From Eledone cirrhosa (lineage: Eukaryota): a stretch of DNA of 64,000 nucleotides. The position numbers and the translations under genes were made by a program. Every line of letters begins with the position of its first letter. The stretch's first letter is position 1. The stretch covers positions 304,296,001-304,360,000 of the forward strand of contig OZ024741.1 of NCBI GenBank assembly GCA_964016885.1, in the 5' to 3' direction. Shown one piece after another: positions 1 through 14,112 of this stretch. A model generated the notes under the pieces. That model saw only the letters and a list, made by a program, of their open reading frames with translations, made no database searches and was not told the DNA's origin.

Positions 1-2205
1 ATATATATATATATTATATACATATATATATATATTATATACATATATATATATATTATATACATATATATATATATTATATACATATATATATATATTA
101 TATACATATATATATATATTATATACATATATATATATATTATATACATATACATATATATTATATACATATACATATATATTATATACATATATATATA
201 TATTATATACATATACATATATATTATATACATATATATATATATTATATACATATATATATATATTATATACATATATATATATATTATATACATATAC
301 ATATAGATATACATATATATATATATATATTATATACATATATATATATATTATATACATATACATATACATATAGATATACATATACATATAGATATAC
401 ATATATATATATATATATTATATACATATATATATATATTATATACATATACATATACATATAGATATACATATACATATAGATATACATATATATATAT
501 ATTATATACATATATATATATTATATACATATATATATATATATATTATATACATATACATACATATATATATATATTATATACATATACATACATATAT
601 ATATATATTATATACATACATATATATATATATATATATTATATACATATATATATATATATATTATATACATATATATATATATATATTATATACATAC
701 ATATATATATATATATATATATTATATACATATACATATATATATATATATATATTATATACATATACATACATATATATATATATTATATACATACATA
801 TATATATATATATTATATACATATACATACATATATATATATATTATATACATATACATATATATATATTATATACATATACATACATATATATATATAT
901 TATATACATATACATACATATATATATATTATATACATCTACATACATATATATATATTATATACATACATCTACATACATATATATATATTATATACAT
1001 ACATATATATATATTATATACATATACATACATATATATATATTATATACATATACATACATATATATATATATTATATACATATACATATATATATATA
1101 TTATATACATATACATATATATATATATTATGTACATATATATACATATATATATATTATATACATATATATACATATATATATATTATATACATATATA
1201 TACATATATATATATTATATACATATATATACATATATATATATTATATACATATATATACATATATATATATTATATACATATATATACATATATATAT
1301 ATTATATACATATATATATATTATATACATATACATATATTATATACATATACATATATATACATATACATATATATACATATTCTATACATATATATAT
1401 ATACATATATACATATATATATATATTATATACATATATATATATACATATATACATATATATATATATTATATACATATATATATATATTATATACATA
1501 TATATATACATATATATATTATATACATATACATATATATATACATATATATATCATATACATATATATACATATACATACTATATTCTATACATATATA
1601 TATACATATATATATATATTATATACATATATATATACATATATATATATATTATATACATATATATATACATATATATATATATACATATATATATATA
1701 TTATATACATATATATATACATATATATACATATTATATACATATATATATACATATATATACATATTATATACATATATTTATATACATATATATATAT
1801 ATTATATACATATATATATATATTATATACATATATATATACATATATATACATATTATATACATATATATATATATTATATACATATATATATACATAT
1901 ATATATATATATTATATACATATACATATATATATATTATATACATATACATACATATATATATTATATACATATACATATATATACATATACATATATA
2001 TATATTATATACATATATATACATATACATATATATATATTATATACATATATATATATATATATTATATACATATATATATATTATATACATACATATA
2101 TATATTATATACATATACATATATATATTATATACATATACATATATATATTATATACATATACATATATATACATATACATATATATATATATACATAT
2201 ACATA

Positions 2206-2239
<34 letters not shown>

Positions 2240-2246
2240 CATATAC

Positions 2247-2295
<49 letters not shown>

Positions 2296-2306
2296 CATAT
2301 ATATAC

Positions 2307-2360
<54 letters not shown>

Positions 2361-2610
2361 ACATATACATATATATATATATATACATATATATATACAT
2401 ATACATACATATATATATATACATATACATATATACATATACATATATTATATACATATATATATATATTATATACATATACATATATTATATACATATA
2501 TATATATATTATATACATATACATATATATACATATATATATATATTATATACATATACATATATATACATATATATATATATTATATACATATACATAT
2601 ATATACATAT

Positions 2611-2905
2611 CAAATCCTCTGCCTCCTTCACTCTATTTGTCACCAAAACTATGTCGTCGGCAAATTCAGCATCCGATACCTTTTTCGCCCTAACTCTCCT
2701 GCTCTGAGCCGGTGCTACAGTAAAGCCCCTACATGGACACACTAGAAGAGGAAGACCAAGGTTAACGTATGTTGATGCCCTAAGGACAGACACTGGTCTG
2801 TTGGAGATGCAGGACATGGCAGCGATAATGAGGGACAGAGACTGCTGGAGAGAACTCGTCCATGGATCTCGGGAATTTTACCCGCCTTAGATAGATAGAT
2901 AGATA
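2611..2905 (+). mobile_element. Short RTE-group non-LTR insertion with an inverted 5' segment and a (TAGA)n tail
   Basis: Minus 2611-2728 encodes [29 protein letters not shown] (RT FADD motif). Plus 2723-2890 encodes [25 protein letters not shown]...MRDRDCWRELV...stop (RTE-type C-terminus), then ATAG repeats. Confidence 0.8.
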
Positions 2906-3720
2906 TATACATATATATATATATTATATACATATATATACATATATATATATTATATACATATACATATATATATTATATACATATATATATATTATAT
3001 ACATATTATATACATATACATATATATACATATTATATACATATACATATATATACATATATATATATTATATACATATATATACATATTATATACATAT
3101 ACATATATATATACATATATATATATTATATACATATATATACATATTATATACATATACATATATATATACATATATATATATTATATACATATATATA
3201 CATATTATATACATATACATACATATTATATACATATACATACATATTATATACATATACATACATATTATATACATATATATACATATATATATATTAT
3301 ATACATATATATACATATACATATATAATATACATATATATATACATATACATATATACATATATACATATATAATATACATATATAATATACATATATA
3401 TATATACATATACATACATATTATATACATATATAATATACATATATAATATACATATATATATACATATACATACATATTATATACATATATATACATA
3501 TTATATACATATACATATATATTATATACATATACATATATATTATATACATATATATACATATTATATACATATACATATATATTATATACATATATAT
3601 ACATATTATATACATATACATATATATACATATTATATACATATATATACATATATACATATACATTATATACATATTATATACATATATATACATATAT
3701 AATATACATATACATATATA

Positions 3721-4035
3721 TTACTCTTTTACTCTTTTACCTGTTTCAGCCATCCGGCTGAGGCCATGCTGGGGCACCGCCCTTGTTGCTACACATTTTA
3801 TCTCCAGCCTGTATAGGTTGGCCACTGGTGTAGGAGGGAGTTTGTTGCTGCTGCCCTTAGGTTTCCCTCGTGTCTTGCTGTGGGCTCATCCGGGATCCTG
3901 GATAACAAGGTGTCGAGATGTTTCTTAAAGACATCCTCTTCCACGTCATGCAAGTCTCGCAGATGCCTCGGCAGCCTGTTGAAGAGTTGAGGGCCCTTGA
4001 ATCCCAGGCTATTGCAATACCTGCTCCTTATTCTA
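3721..4035 (-). mobile_element. 3' end of a CR1-group LINE
   Basis: NSLGFKGPQLFNRLP...FKKHLDTLLSRIPDEP...AATNSLLHQ is a typical CR1-group ORF2 C-terminus; short UTR and an 8-bp (TAAAAGAG)n tail. Confidence 0.75.
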
Positions 4036-4160
4036 CATACATATATTATATACATATATATATATACATATATATACATAAATATATATACATATAAATA
4101 CATACATATATATACATACACATATATATACATATACATATATATACATACATATATATA

Positions 4161-4705
4161 CATCATCATCATCATCACCGTTTTACGTCCGTTCTTCCAC
4201 GCTAGCATGGGTTAGACGGGTTGTCCTGTTGTGGGCAGTGTCTGGTCGGCTGACCATGCCTTGCTAATACAGGAACTGATCTGGCTTGATTTCTACAGCT
4301 GGATGCCCTTCCTAACACCAACCTCATTTACAGTGAGTGCTGGGTGCTTTTTCGTGGCGCCTACACGTCCACTTTACAGTGTGGGCTGGGTGCTTTTTTG
4401 CCGTGGCACCTCCACGACGACCTTGCGGTGGGGGGAGTGGGGGCATATTGTTTATATGCTTCAGCATGTACCCATGGGAGGTCGGGTACCCTGTATTACT
4501 GCGTGACGCCAGAAGTCACGGTCGTGTGTCATTGACTTTGATAGGTGTAGTTGGGTAAGGTCGGCTTTTATCACCTCATCCCAAGTCATCTTGGGTCTCC
4601 CCACTCCGCGGTTTCCATCAACTTCTAGTGCTCTGCACCTTTTTATGCAGCTGTCATCCTTCATACGCATCACATGTCCATACCAGCGTAACCGCCTCTC
4701 CTGCA
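4161..4705 (-). mobile_element. RTE LINE family A, 5'-truncated 3' end
   Basis: [12 protein letters not shown]...GRPKMTW C-terminus, 3' UTR and (GAT)n tail; near-identical to 52391-52933. Confidence 0.93.
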
Positions 4706-4717
4706 TATATATACATA

Positions 4718-4933
4718 CATCATCATCATCAACGTTTAACGTCCGTGTTCCACGCTTGTATGGGTTTGGACGGGGGTTTTCCCACTTGAGGCAAGAGTGA
4801 TTGTCTTGCTCGCATAGGACTGTCTGGCAGGTTTTCTACAGTTGGATGCCCTTCCTAACACCAACCACATTTACAGTGTGGGGCTGGGAGGTTTTTACCG
4901 TGTTGCCTACACGGCCACATTACAGCATGGACT
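4718..4933 (-). mobile_element. RTE LINE family B, 3' UTR-only copy
   Basis: Matches the reverse complement of about 37023-37242; (GAT)n tail. Confidence 0.9.
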
Positions 4934-5284
4934 ATATATACATATACATATATATACATATATATATATATTATATACATATACATACATATATATACAT
5001 ATATATTATATATATATATATACATATATATACATATATATTATATATATATATATACATATATATACATATATATTATATATATATATATACATATATA
5101 TACATATATATTATATATATATATATATACATATACATACATATATATTATATATATATATATACATATATATACATATATATTATATATATATATATAT
5201 ACATATACATACATATATATATATATATATATACACATATATTATATACATATATTATATACATATATATATATATATATATAT

Positions 5285-5320
<36 letters not shown>

Positions 5321-5325
5321 ACATA

Positions 5326-5710
5326 TACCTAAATATATAGTAAAACCTACTCCAGCCAGTAGGCATCTCTAACAAAATACACCCCGTCCCACCACCACCA
5401 CCCCCACCCCGTTCTATGTAAAGTTATGTTGGTGCCGCGCCATCCAGGCCGAAACAAATGAGATCGTGTAGGTGTCACGACAAAAAAACACACAGTCCAC
5501 GCTGTAATGTGGCCGTGTAAAAACACGGTAAAAACCTCCCAGACCCACACTGTAAATGTGGTTGGTGTTAGGAAGGGCATCCAACTGTAGAAAACCTGCC
5601 AGACAGTCCTATGCGAGCAAGACAATCACTCTTGCTTCAAGTGGGACTACCCCCGTCCAAACCCATGCAAGCGTGGAACACGGACGTTAAATGTTGATGA
5701 TGATGATGAT
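5326..5710 (+). mobile_element. RTE LINE family B, 3' UTR copy
   Basis: Near-identical to 36844-37242; ends in (GAT)n. Confidence 0.92.
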
Positions 5711-5739
5711 ATATACATATATATATATATATTATATAC

Positions 5740-5771
<32 letters not shown>

Positions 5772-5778
5772 TATATAC

Positions 5779-5830
<52 letters not shown>

Positions 5831-6221
5831 TATATACATATATATATATATATTATATACATATATATATTATATACATATATTATATACATATATATAT
5901 ATATTATATACATATATATATATATTATATACATATATATATATATTATATACATATATTATATACATATATATACATATATATATATTATATACATATA
6001 TATATACATATATATTATATACATATATATATATTATATACATATATATATACATATATATTATATACATATATATATATTATATACATATATATACATA
6101 TATATTATATACATATATATATATTATATACATATATATACATATATATTATATACATATATATACATATACATATGTATATATTATATACATATGTGTA
6201 TATATATATATATATATATAT

Positions 6222-6538
6222 TCATCATCATCATTTTACCTCCACTTTTCCCTGCTTGCAGGGGTGGGACGGGAACTGATTCTGGCTTGATTTCTACAGC
6301 TGGATGCCCTTCCTAACACCAACTTCCTTTACAGTGAGTGCTGGGTGCTTTTTTGCCGTGGCACCTCCACGACCACTTTGCAGTGGAATGATATGGACCC
6401 CAGTCCCTATCATCTCATTTCTACAGCTGAGTAAACTGGAGCAATGTGAAATAAAGTGTCTTGCTCAAGGTCTGAGAATTGAACTCACAACCTTTCGATT
6501 GCAAGGCCAATGCTCTAACCACTTAGCCATGTGCTTCC
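6222..6538 (-). mobile_element. tRNA-derived CORE-SINE with an RTE-A-derived tail
   Basis: A box TGGCTAAGTGG, B box GTTCAATTC, CORE-like CCTTGAGCAAGACACTT...CAGTTTACTCAGCTGTAGAAATG, (GAT)n tail; small internal deletion relative to the 61983 copy. Confidence 0.9.
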
Positions 6539-7385
6539 ATATATATATATTATATATACATATATATATATTGTATACATATATATATATTAGATATATA
6601 TATATATTATATACATATATATATATTATATATATACATATATATATATTATATATATATATATATTATTTACATATATATATATATTATATACATATAT
6701 ATATATTATATATATACATATATATATATTATATACATATATATATATATTATATACATATATATATATATATTATATACATATATATATATTATATTAT
6801 ATACATATATATATATTATATATATACATATATATATATTATATATATACATATATATATATTATATATATACATATATATATATTATATATATACATAT
6901 ATATATATTATATATATACATATATATATATTATATATATACATATATATATATTATATATATACATATATATATATTATATATATACATATATATATAT
7001 TATATATATACATATATATATATTATATATATACATATATATATATTATATATATACATATATATATATTATATATATACATATATATATATTATATACA
7101 TATATATATATATTATATACATATATATATATATTATATACATATATATATATTATATTATATACATATATATATATTATATATATACATATATATATAT
7201 TATATATATACATATATATATATTATATATATACATATATATATATTATATATATACATATATATATATTATATATATACATATATATATATTATATATA
7301 TACATATATATATATTATATATATACATATATATATATTATATATATACATATATATATATTATATATATACATATATATATATT

Positions 7386-8523
7386 ATCATCATCATCATC
7401 ATCACCGTTTTACGTCCGTTCTTCCACGCTAGCATGGGTTAGACGGGTTGTCCTGTTGTGGGCAGTGTCTGGTCGGCTGACCATGCCTTGCTCATACAGG
7501 AACTGATCTGGCTTGATTTCTACAGCTGGATGCCCTTCCTAACACCAACCTCATTTACAGTGAGTGCTGGGTGCTTTTTCGTGGCGCCTACACGTCCACT
7601 TTACAGTGTGGGCTGGGTGCTTTTTTGCCGTGGCACCTCCACGACCACCTTGCGGTGGGGGGGGGGGCATATTGTTTATATGCTTCAGCATGTACCCATG
7701 GGAGGTCGGGTACCCTGTATTACTGCGTGACGCCAGAAGTCACGGTCGTGTGTCATTGACTTTGAGAGGTGTAGTTGGGTAAGGTCGGCTCTTATCACCT
7801 CATCCCAAGTCATCTTGGGTCTCCCCACTCCGCGGTTTCCATCAACTTCTAGTGCTCTGCACCTTTTTATGCAGCTGTCATCCTTCATACGCATCACATG
7901 TCCATACCAGCGTAACCGCCTCTCCTGCACGCAGCATTTGATTCCTCTTATGCTCAGTCTCTCTCTCAATTCATTTATGCTTTGTCGTTCACGTATATTA
8001 CTGTTACACATCCATCGGAGCATGCAGGCTTCGTTTCTCTCTAATCTACGTAAGTCTTCCACCTTCAGCGCCCAGGTCTCACTACCATGCAACATCGCTG
8101 TTCGGATACACGCATCATACAGTCTGCCTTTCATTCTGAGGGAGAAGCCTTTTGCAGCTAGCAGTGGTAGTAGTTCCCTAAACTTCTTCCATCCCGTTCT
8201 TACCCTAGTTATTGTACTTTCTGAGCACCCACCTCCGTTGCTAATTCGGTCACCTAGGTAGCAGAAGCTGTCTACTGTTTCTACAGGGCCCTCCCAGAGA
8301 TTGGTGGTACTTGTTTCCTGTGGCTGTTTGCTTGCTGTTTCAGCACAGCTGCTGCATGTGAATCCTACATTCTTAATTAAGCTTCCTGAGATCCCGCTAC
8401 ATCTCTTGTGTACCCATTGTTTGCATTTGGGGCAAAGAATGGAGTTCCTACCTACACCTTTCCTACATACTGAGCAAGGCCATTTCCCTGAGGGGATCTG
8501 GGTTCTGTTTTCTCGTCTACTTA
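7386..8523 (-). mobile_element. RTE LINE family A, 5'-truncated (about 1.1 kb)
   Basis: Reverse complement nearly identical to 51797-52933; ORF 7685-8134 is the ORF2 C-terminus. Confidence 0.95.
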
Positions 8524-9598
8524 TATATTATATATATACATATATATATATTATATATCTGAGTGTCCCGAATCTTCCATATCGAACTTATCGGTTATTT
8601 GGTTGATTGTAGACATATTCTACGTGTGACGGTATTTAACGATAGTTATAGCTCTAATTTATTTGAATTATAGAGCCCTCTGCCGCTCATCTCGAATTTT
8701 GTTTATCGTGAACTCGTGCGCCGATTTTTCGATACTCGATTATTCTACTATATACATATATATATATTATATATATACATATATATATATTATATATATA
8801 CATATATATATATTATATATATACATATATATATATTATATATATATATATTATATATATACATATATATATATTATATATATACATATATATATATTAT
8901 ATATATATATATTATATATATACATATATATATATTATATACATATATATATATTATATACATATATATATATTATATACATATATATATATTATATACA
9001 TATATATATATATTATATACATATATATATATATTATATACATATATATATATTATATACATATATATATATATTATATACATATATATATATTATATAT
9101 ATACATATATATATATTATATATATACATATATATATATTATATATATACATATATATATATTATATATATACATATATATATATATATACATACATATA
9201 TATATTATATACATACATATATATATTATATACATATATATATATATATTATATACATATATATATATATTATATACATATATATATATATTATATACAT
9301 ATATATATATATTATATACATATATATATATATTATATACATATATATATATATATATATTATATACATATATATATATATTATATACATATATTATATA
9401 CATATATATATATATTATATACATATATATATATATTATATACATATATATATATATTATATACATATATATATATATTATATACATATATATATATATT
9501 ATATACATATATATATTATATACATATATATATATATTATATACATATATATATATATTATATACATATATATATATATATATTATATATATTATATA

Positions 9599-9915
9599 TA
9601 CGAGGGTAATCCCAAAAGTAAGGTCTCCTAAGCGATGGGGACACAGAGTAACTGTTCGTACGGTTGTTGGCAACACTGTTGTGATTGGTGCTTCCTTCAC
9701 TCCCAAACAAACATGCGCGCGCTTCGCTGGGATGCTCAATCTTGGCTTGGCAGCCGTTGAGAATGGAGCTCCCGTTGAAGGCTACCGCCAAGTGCGAATT
9801 TCGCGCAGTTATTATATAGAGGGCAATCCCAAAAGTAAGGTCTCCTGCCAAGGAAAACATGCGTAAAGATCGGCAGATCACACTGGATGCTCTCTGCATT
9901 TTGGTTCCCGAGGTA
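9599..9915 (+). mobile_element. Rearranged mariner-family remnant with two same-orientation TIRs
   Basis: TA-CGAGGGTAATCCCAAAAGTAAGGTCTCC at 9599 and TAGAGGGCAATCCCAAAAGTAAGGTCTCC at 9817. Transposase-like start MELPLKATAKCEFRAVI at 9763 and internal ENMRKDRQITLDALCILVPEV after the second TIR. Confidence 0.75.
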
Positions 9916-10181
9916 TGTCTGTATACATATATATGTATGTACGTATACATACTTATATTTAAGTATCAGCCGTACTAAGAGTGAGAAATGAAATTTCATT
10001 TTATCATATACTAGCAGAAGTGCTAGTATATGATAGAAATGCCCGGCGTTGCTCGGGGCTGAATTGCTTGAAAGTACTGTTAATGATTGCACTGAATTAT
10101 GATTATTCAGGCAAAGATTGATATAAGTTTACACCGAATGAATATATTTGTAAGTGTATAGAAAGGCCTGTAAAGGGGTTC

Positions 10182-10790
10182 CTACCCCCTCGTAGAATGG
10201 TGTAAGAATTGAATGTGAGGTTGCCTTGAAAAGGGCCATGTTATTGTTCTCATAATTGTAAGAATTTGATAGTCGTGGAAGGGGGTGTAAAACGTTCGCA
10301 GGTGAATAGGGCCTTGAAGTATGTTTTGCAGACTGAGCAGTACGTCCCTGTCAAAATTGTCAGCATCAGTGTTTGCAGGTGGTGGAATAACGCCGAAACG
10401 CACATCAATTTGCGTATTGTAGTTTGAAATTAAGTAAATTTGAAGGAACGAAGGTTTGGAATTTTGTAGTGGCTGGAGTGACCCAATAAGGTGGTACACC
10501 TGGCCCTGGACCTTGAAAGTAGGCATCCAACCAGTTTCTCTGACAATGTTAGCCCCGAAAGAAGTCATCTGAAATGCACAATTGTACTTCCTGATGAGTT
10601 GAAGGAATGTTGATGACCTTGAGGTCGAACCAGTAAGTAATTCCTTCAAAGGGTCTGGCAGCTCCCGAAGAGGGAGCAAGCTGACCTTACCGTTTAAGCA
10701 GCACATTGCAGGTGGTTCCCCAGCCCACTTTTTAGCATTGCAGAATTTGCAATTGAAGCACATTTCCCCAATATTTATGTCGGCGCGCAT
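10182..10790 (-). pseudogene. Helitron RepHel N-terminal fragment
   Basis: IGEM..CKFCNAKKW.GEP..MCC.NGKV; IRKYNCAFQMTSFGA; PTFKVQGQVYHLIGSL; FLQIY motifs of Helitron proteins; homology lost after about 10330. Confidence 0.9.
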
Positions 10791-11070
10791 TGAGTAATTG
10801 AAGTTGGGCTCATACTTGAAAGCCCGTAGATGCCAGTAAGGGCTGTGTAGGTAAGTATAGCGACAGAGTGTGTAAAGTGTATTGAAACGTGAGTTAAAAG
10901 AAAGAAAATGAAGTGAGATTTGTAAGAAAGGAAGTTCTTTACGTACATGTGAAAATATTTGTGTAAAGTGTATAGAAACGTAAATTGAAACAAATAAAAT
11001 GAACTGACATTTTTAAGAAAGGAATTTTTTTACGTACATGTTGCAAATGGCAAATGTTTGTGGTTATAAA

Positions 11071-11203
11071 TCCCGCACGTTGTTTAATTGAAGTGAGTGT
11101 GTGTTTGTATGCGTTTGGAAATAAATCAGTAAGTTTGAATTCCCGCACGTTGTTTAATTGAAGTGAGTGTGTGTTTGTATGCGTTTGGAAATAAATCAGT
11201 AAT
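11071..11203. repeat. 70-bp-period tandem duplication inside the Helitron
   Basis: TCCCGCACGTTGTTTAATTGAAGTGAGTG... at 11071 and 11141. Confidence 0.95.
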
Positions 11204-11944
11204 TTTGAAGTATAAAAGAGAAAGTAGCAAAATGTGTGGGTTGTAGATAAAAGAGGAGGAAAGCAGATGATATTATAGAGTAAAACGGACAGTATCACCA
11301 TCAAGCTTGGAAAGAGAAAGTAGCAGAAAGTATGAAGTTGTATAGATTTTTAATGGTAGTGGAAAGAGTTTAGCAGTTTAAATGACAGAGAAAAATCGTA
11401 AAATATTGAGTTTTATCTATTTTTTGCGTAATTGTGGGTGAAATTGAAAAAATTATCTGCGTCAAGACGCAATCGAAACTAATTCGAATGCTGAATGGTA
11501 AATTTCAATTGAAGAAATTCTATATCGTAGATTTCTATAACGAAGGAGCTTGACCACACACTGAGCTTTATAGATTATGATATATATATATAAACATGTA
11601 TGTATATATGTGTGTGTACACATATATATATAATACAGACAGGGCAAAATAATAGATATATGAAAAGTTAGGCTTATTAACAAGGGAAATGTGCTTCAAA
11701 GATTTACAAAGCATCTGCTAAACTTTCAAAGGAAACAAAACATAGCTAGGAGACATGGTAGGCGGGTGGTTAATATGCTAGATAAGCTAGTTCTGAATTA
11801 CATTATCTTACTGCTTGCATTATCTTACTAATTGCACTACAACTTTCAACTCAACCCTTTCATTATCATATTTAATTAGAAATATGGTAAAAGGGTTAAA
11901 TACTTTGTAGAAAGATAATTTTTGTAGAGTGTTACAGCAATGCA

Positions 11945-12173
11945 AATAGAAAATGTCTAATGAAATACACTCTATTTTAATTAATTAATTAATAATTTTA
12001 AGGATTTTCTAAAATTATTAATTATTTCATTACTAAGATAGTAACTTAATGAAAGGTTCTTATATAAAATGATGTTGGAAGATTTTAATTTAAATTGAAA
12101 ACCTTTTAAAATGGGTGATTTTATTTCATAGAATCAGAGCCGGTTTTGGCCGGGTTGGTAACTAAAGGGTTAA
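11945..12173. mobile_element. TTAA/CCC-ended (piggyBac-like) MITE family 2; relatives at 39942-40148, 45001-45208, about 34380-34890 and 14640-15008
   Basis: Shared internal sequence (CTAATGAAATACAC...GTTGGAAGATTTTAATTTAAAT...AGAGCCGGTTTTGG) and AAAGGGTTAA ends. Confidence 0.65.
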
Positions 12174-12871
12174 ATGTAAAAAATACTGGTTTCTGATTTA
12201 GGCACACAGCCAACAAATTTAGAAGAGGAGAAGTCAATTAAAGTGACCCCAATGCATTACCGGTGCTTTATTTCATCAAACCTGTAAGGGATTTGAAATT
12301 AGAACCCCGTAAAAAGTAATACAAAGTTGTTGGGATGTGTTGCCTTGGAGGTATTTAATTAGCCCTTAATATTTCAGGATAAAATCCCTTCATCAAAAGA
12401 AGAGTTGGGGAAACTAAGTCAGAGCAGGATATCTTGTGTTGTTTTTTTATGCTGGCAGTTTTTAATCTGAAAGTGGTGTTTTGAGTTGTTGTTTTTTTTT
12501 CAATGATGGAAGAGGTGACTGGCTCACATGGTATGTGTTCTAAGTTTTGTTCTAATCTAAGCTATGGTTGTATCTATAGTTAAAATGGAATGAAGTGTGA
12601 TAATAAGTTTGACTATGTTAACCACAGGGTGTTGAGTTCTAGTCTGTTCTTTATTTGGAGTTTGTGTTTGGCCTTGAGAATAGGTTTGGAGATTACTGGT
12701 ATTCTTATCCCTGACTTTGATGGTAACTGTATTCTAATTAATTAATGAAGCACTCGGGAAGGATTTACTAAAATTATAACTTCATTAAAATGATATTTGT
12801 AACATAAAAAGTGTTCTCATATAAAATTATGTTGGAAAGTTTTAATTTAAGTGAGGGTAAAGATCCCCTTC

Positions 12872-13150
12872 AGTCATGAATGACCATGGGATTTGCACCT
12901 AAAAACTTCCCATCTGAGGCACAAGACCAAGCAAGGTTGTGGAAGACCAGCAGTGACCCATGAATACCAGTCTCTCCTCTCCACACTACTGATGTTGTCT
13001 AAGGGAAAGACAGTGGTTGATACAGCTAGGCACCAGTGACATCGCAACTCAATTCTACAACTGAGTAAATAAAGTGTATTGTTGAAGGACACAATGCATC
13101 ACCCTGTTTGAGAATCAAATTGACAACCTCATGATTGCAAGTAGAAGCCC
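12872..13150 (-). mobile_element. Old CORE-type SINE with a different (BovB-like) tail
   Basis: Degenerate tRNA head and CORE at 13040-13150; tail ending CCCATGGTCATTCATGAC. Confidence 0.5.
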
Positions 13151-14009
13151 TTTAAAATGACGGTGACATCAGCAGTATTTGAGCCCCCAGATCAACACTG
13201 ATTCAGCAGACCTAAGCTGTAAACTAGTTGTAGGACAACTGTGTCTAACATGTCCTTTCTTCACATATGACAGTAAGAGTGTGATTTGGGAGAGATTTGG
13301 CTGCTATTTTTAGCAAGCCAAGTGACTACATAAAAGCTCCTTCTTTGGCTTGCGCATGTTGTAGTTGATGAAAATGTTAACTTCATCATAAATAAATCAG
13401 AATATAGCATGAGGCAATTATGGCTTATAGGAGTTCAAGTATACATAATGGGCAAGTGGAAATAGAAGAAATAATATAAACCCACACATGTACCAATACA
13501 AAATATGAGACATTAATATGTGAAGGAGATAATATAATAAGTCATTATTGGAGCACAAATTTGGTACAGTGACAGTAAAACATTTATTAACAGCCAATAG
13601 AGTTGCTACAATAAAAATCAATGCTAATGGCTTTACTAATTCAACAGAGTTATTTGCTGGGAATCAAAGTGTGTATCCAGTTTAGAATAGGTGCATTGTA
13701 TCCGTGTGTGTGTGTGTCCATAAGAAGCAATTAAAGGGGGGTGGTTAGTGTCAGAAAAGGAATCCAGCAAAAAGTATCATCCAATCCATACCAGCATGGA
13801 AAAGTTGATGCAAAAACGACGATGATAGTGATGATGATGATTAAAGACATCATAGATGGTTTCAAAATATATATGTATATATATAGTTTAGGGCTGTTGG
13901 TTCACCAAAATGAGCACACAATGCATAGTCTCCAGTATGTACTTAGGGGTTGTACTAAGCAGAGTGTAAAATAATAATAATAATATGGACAAGGTGTCAA
14001 ATTTTCATT

Positions 14010-14112
14010 ACGTTTATTGAGGTGTGATGCGGGTTTCGCAATTGATCAGCTCAAGGTTTGATCTGTATGGATCAGGCCCAACTTTGGAATCAAAAGCTCA
14101 TCAGACTTCTGT
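14010..14112 (-). ncRNA. Degenerate hammerhead-ribozyme-like motif, probably a Penelope-like pLTR remnant
   Basis: CTGATGA-GC-[long hairpin]-GC-GAAAC-CCGC-ATC followed by AATAAA. Confidence 0.5.

Larger units (their letters stand above)
1..9600. repeat. Giant compound (TA)n microsatellite, dominant unit TAT-TATATACA-(TA)n, interrupted by TE insertions
   Basis: Continuous TA runs punctuated by TT and C variants, with the C almost always on the + strand. Confidence 0.97.
10011..11580 (-). mobile_element. Internally deleted Helitron with canonical ends
   Basis: Minus strand begins A|TCATAATCTATAAAG and ends CCCGAGCAACGCCGGG hairpin ... CTAG|T; contains a RepHel N-terminal coding fragment. Confidence 0.88.

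Noticed and set aside
1130-2707. 525-aa Y/I/H/T-rich ORF and similar ORFs up to 9631
   Set aside because: Translations of stop-free TA/TACA microsatellite; no coding evidence
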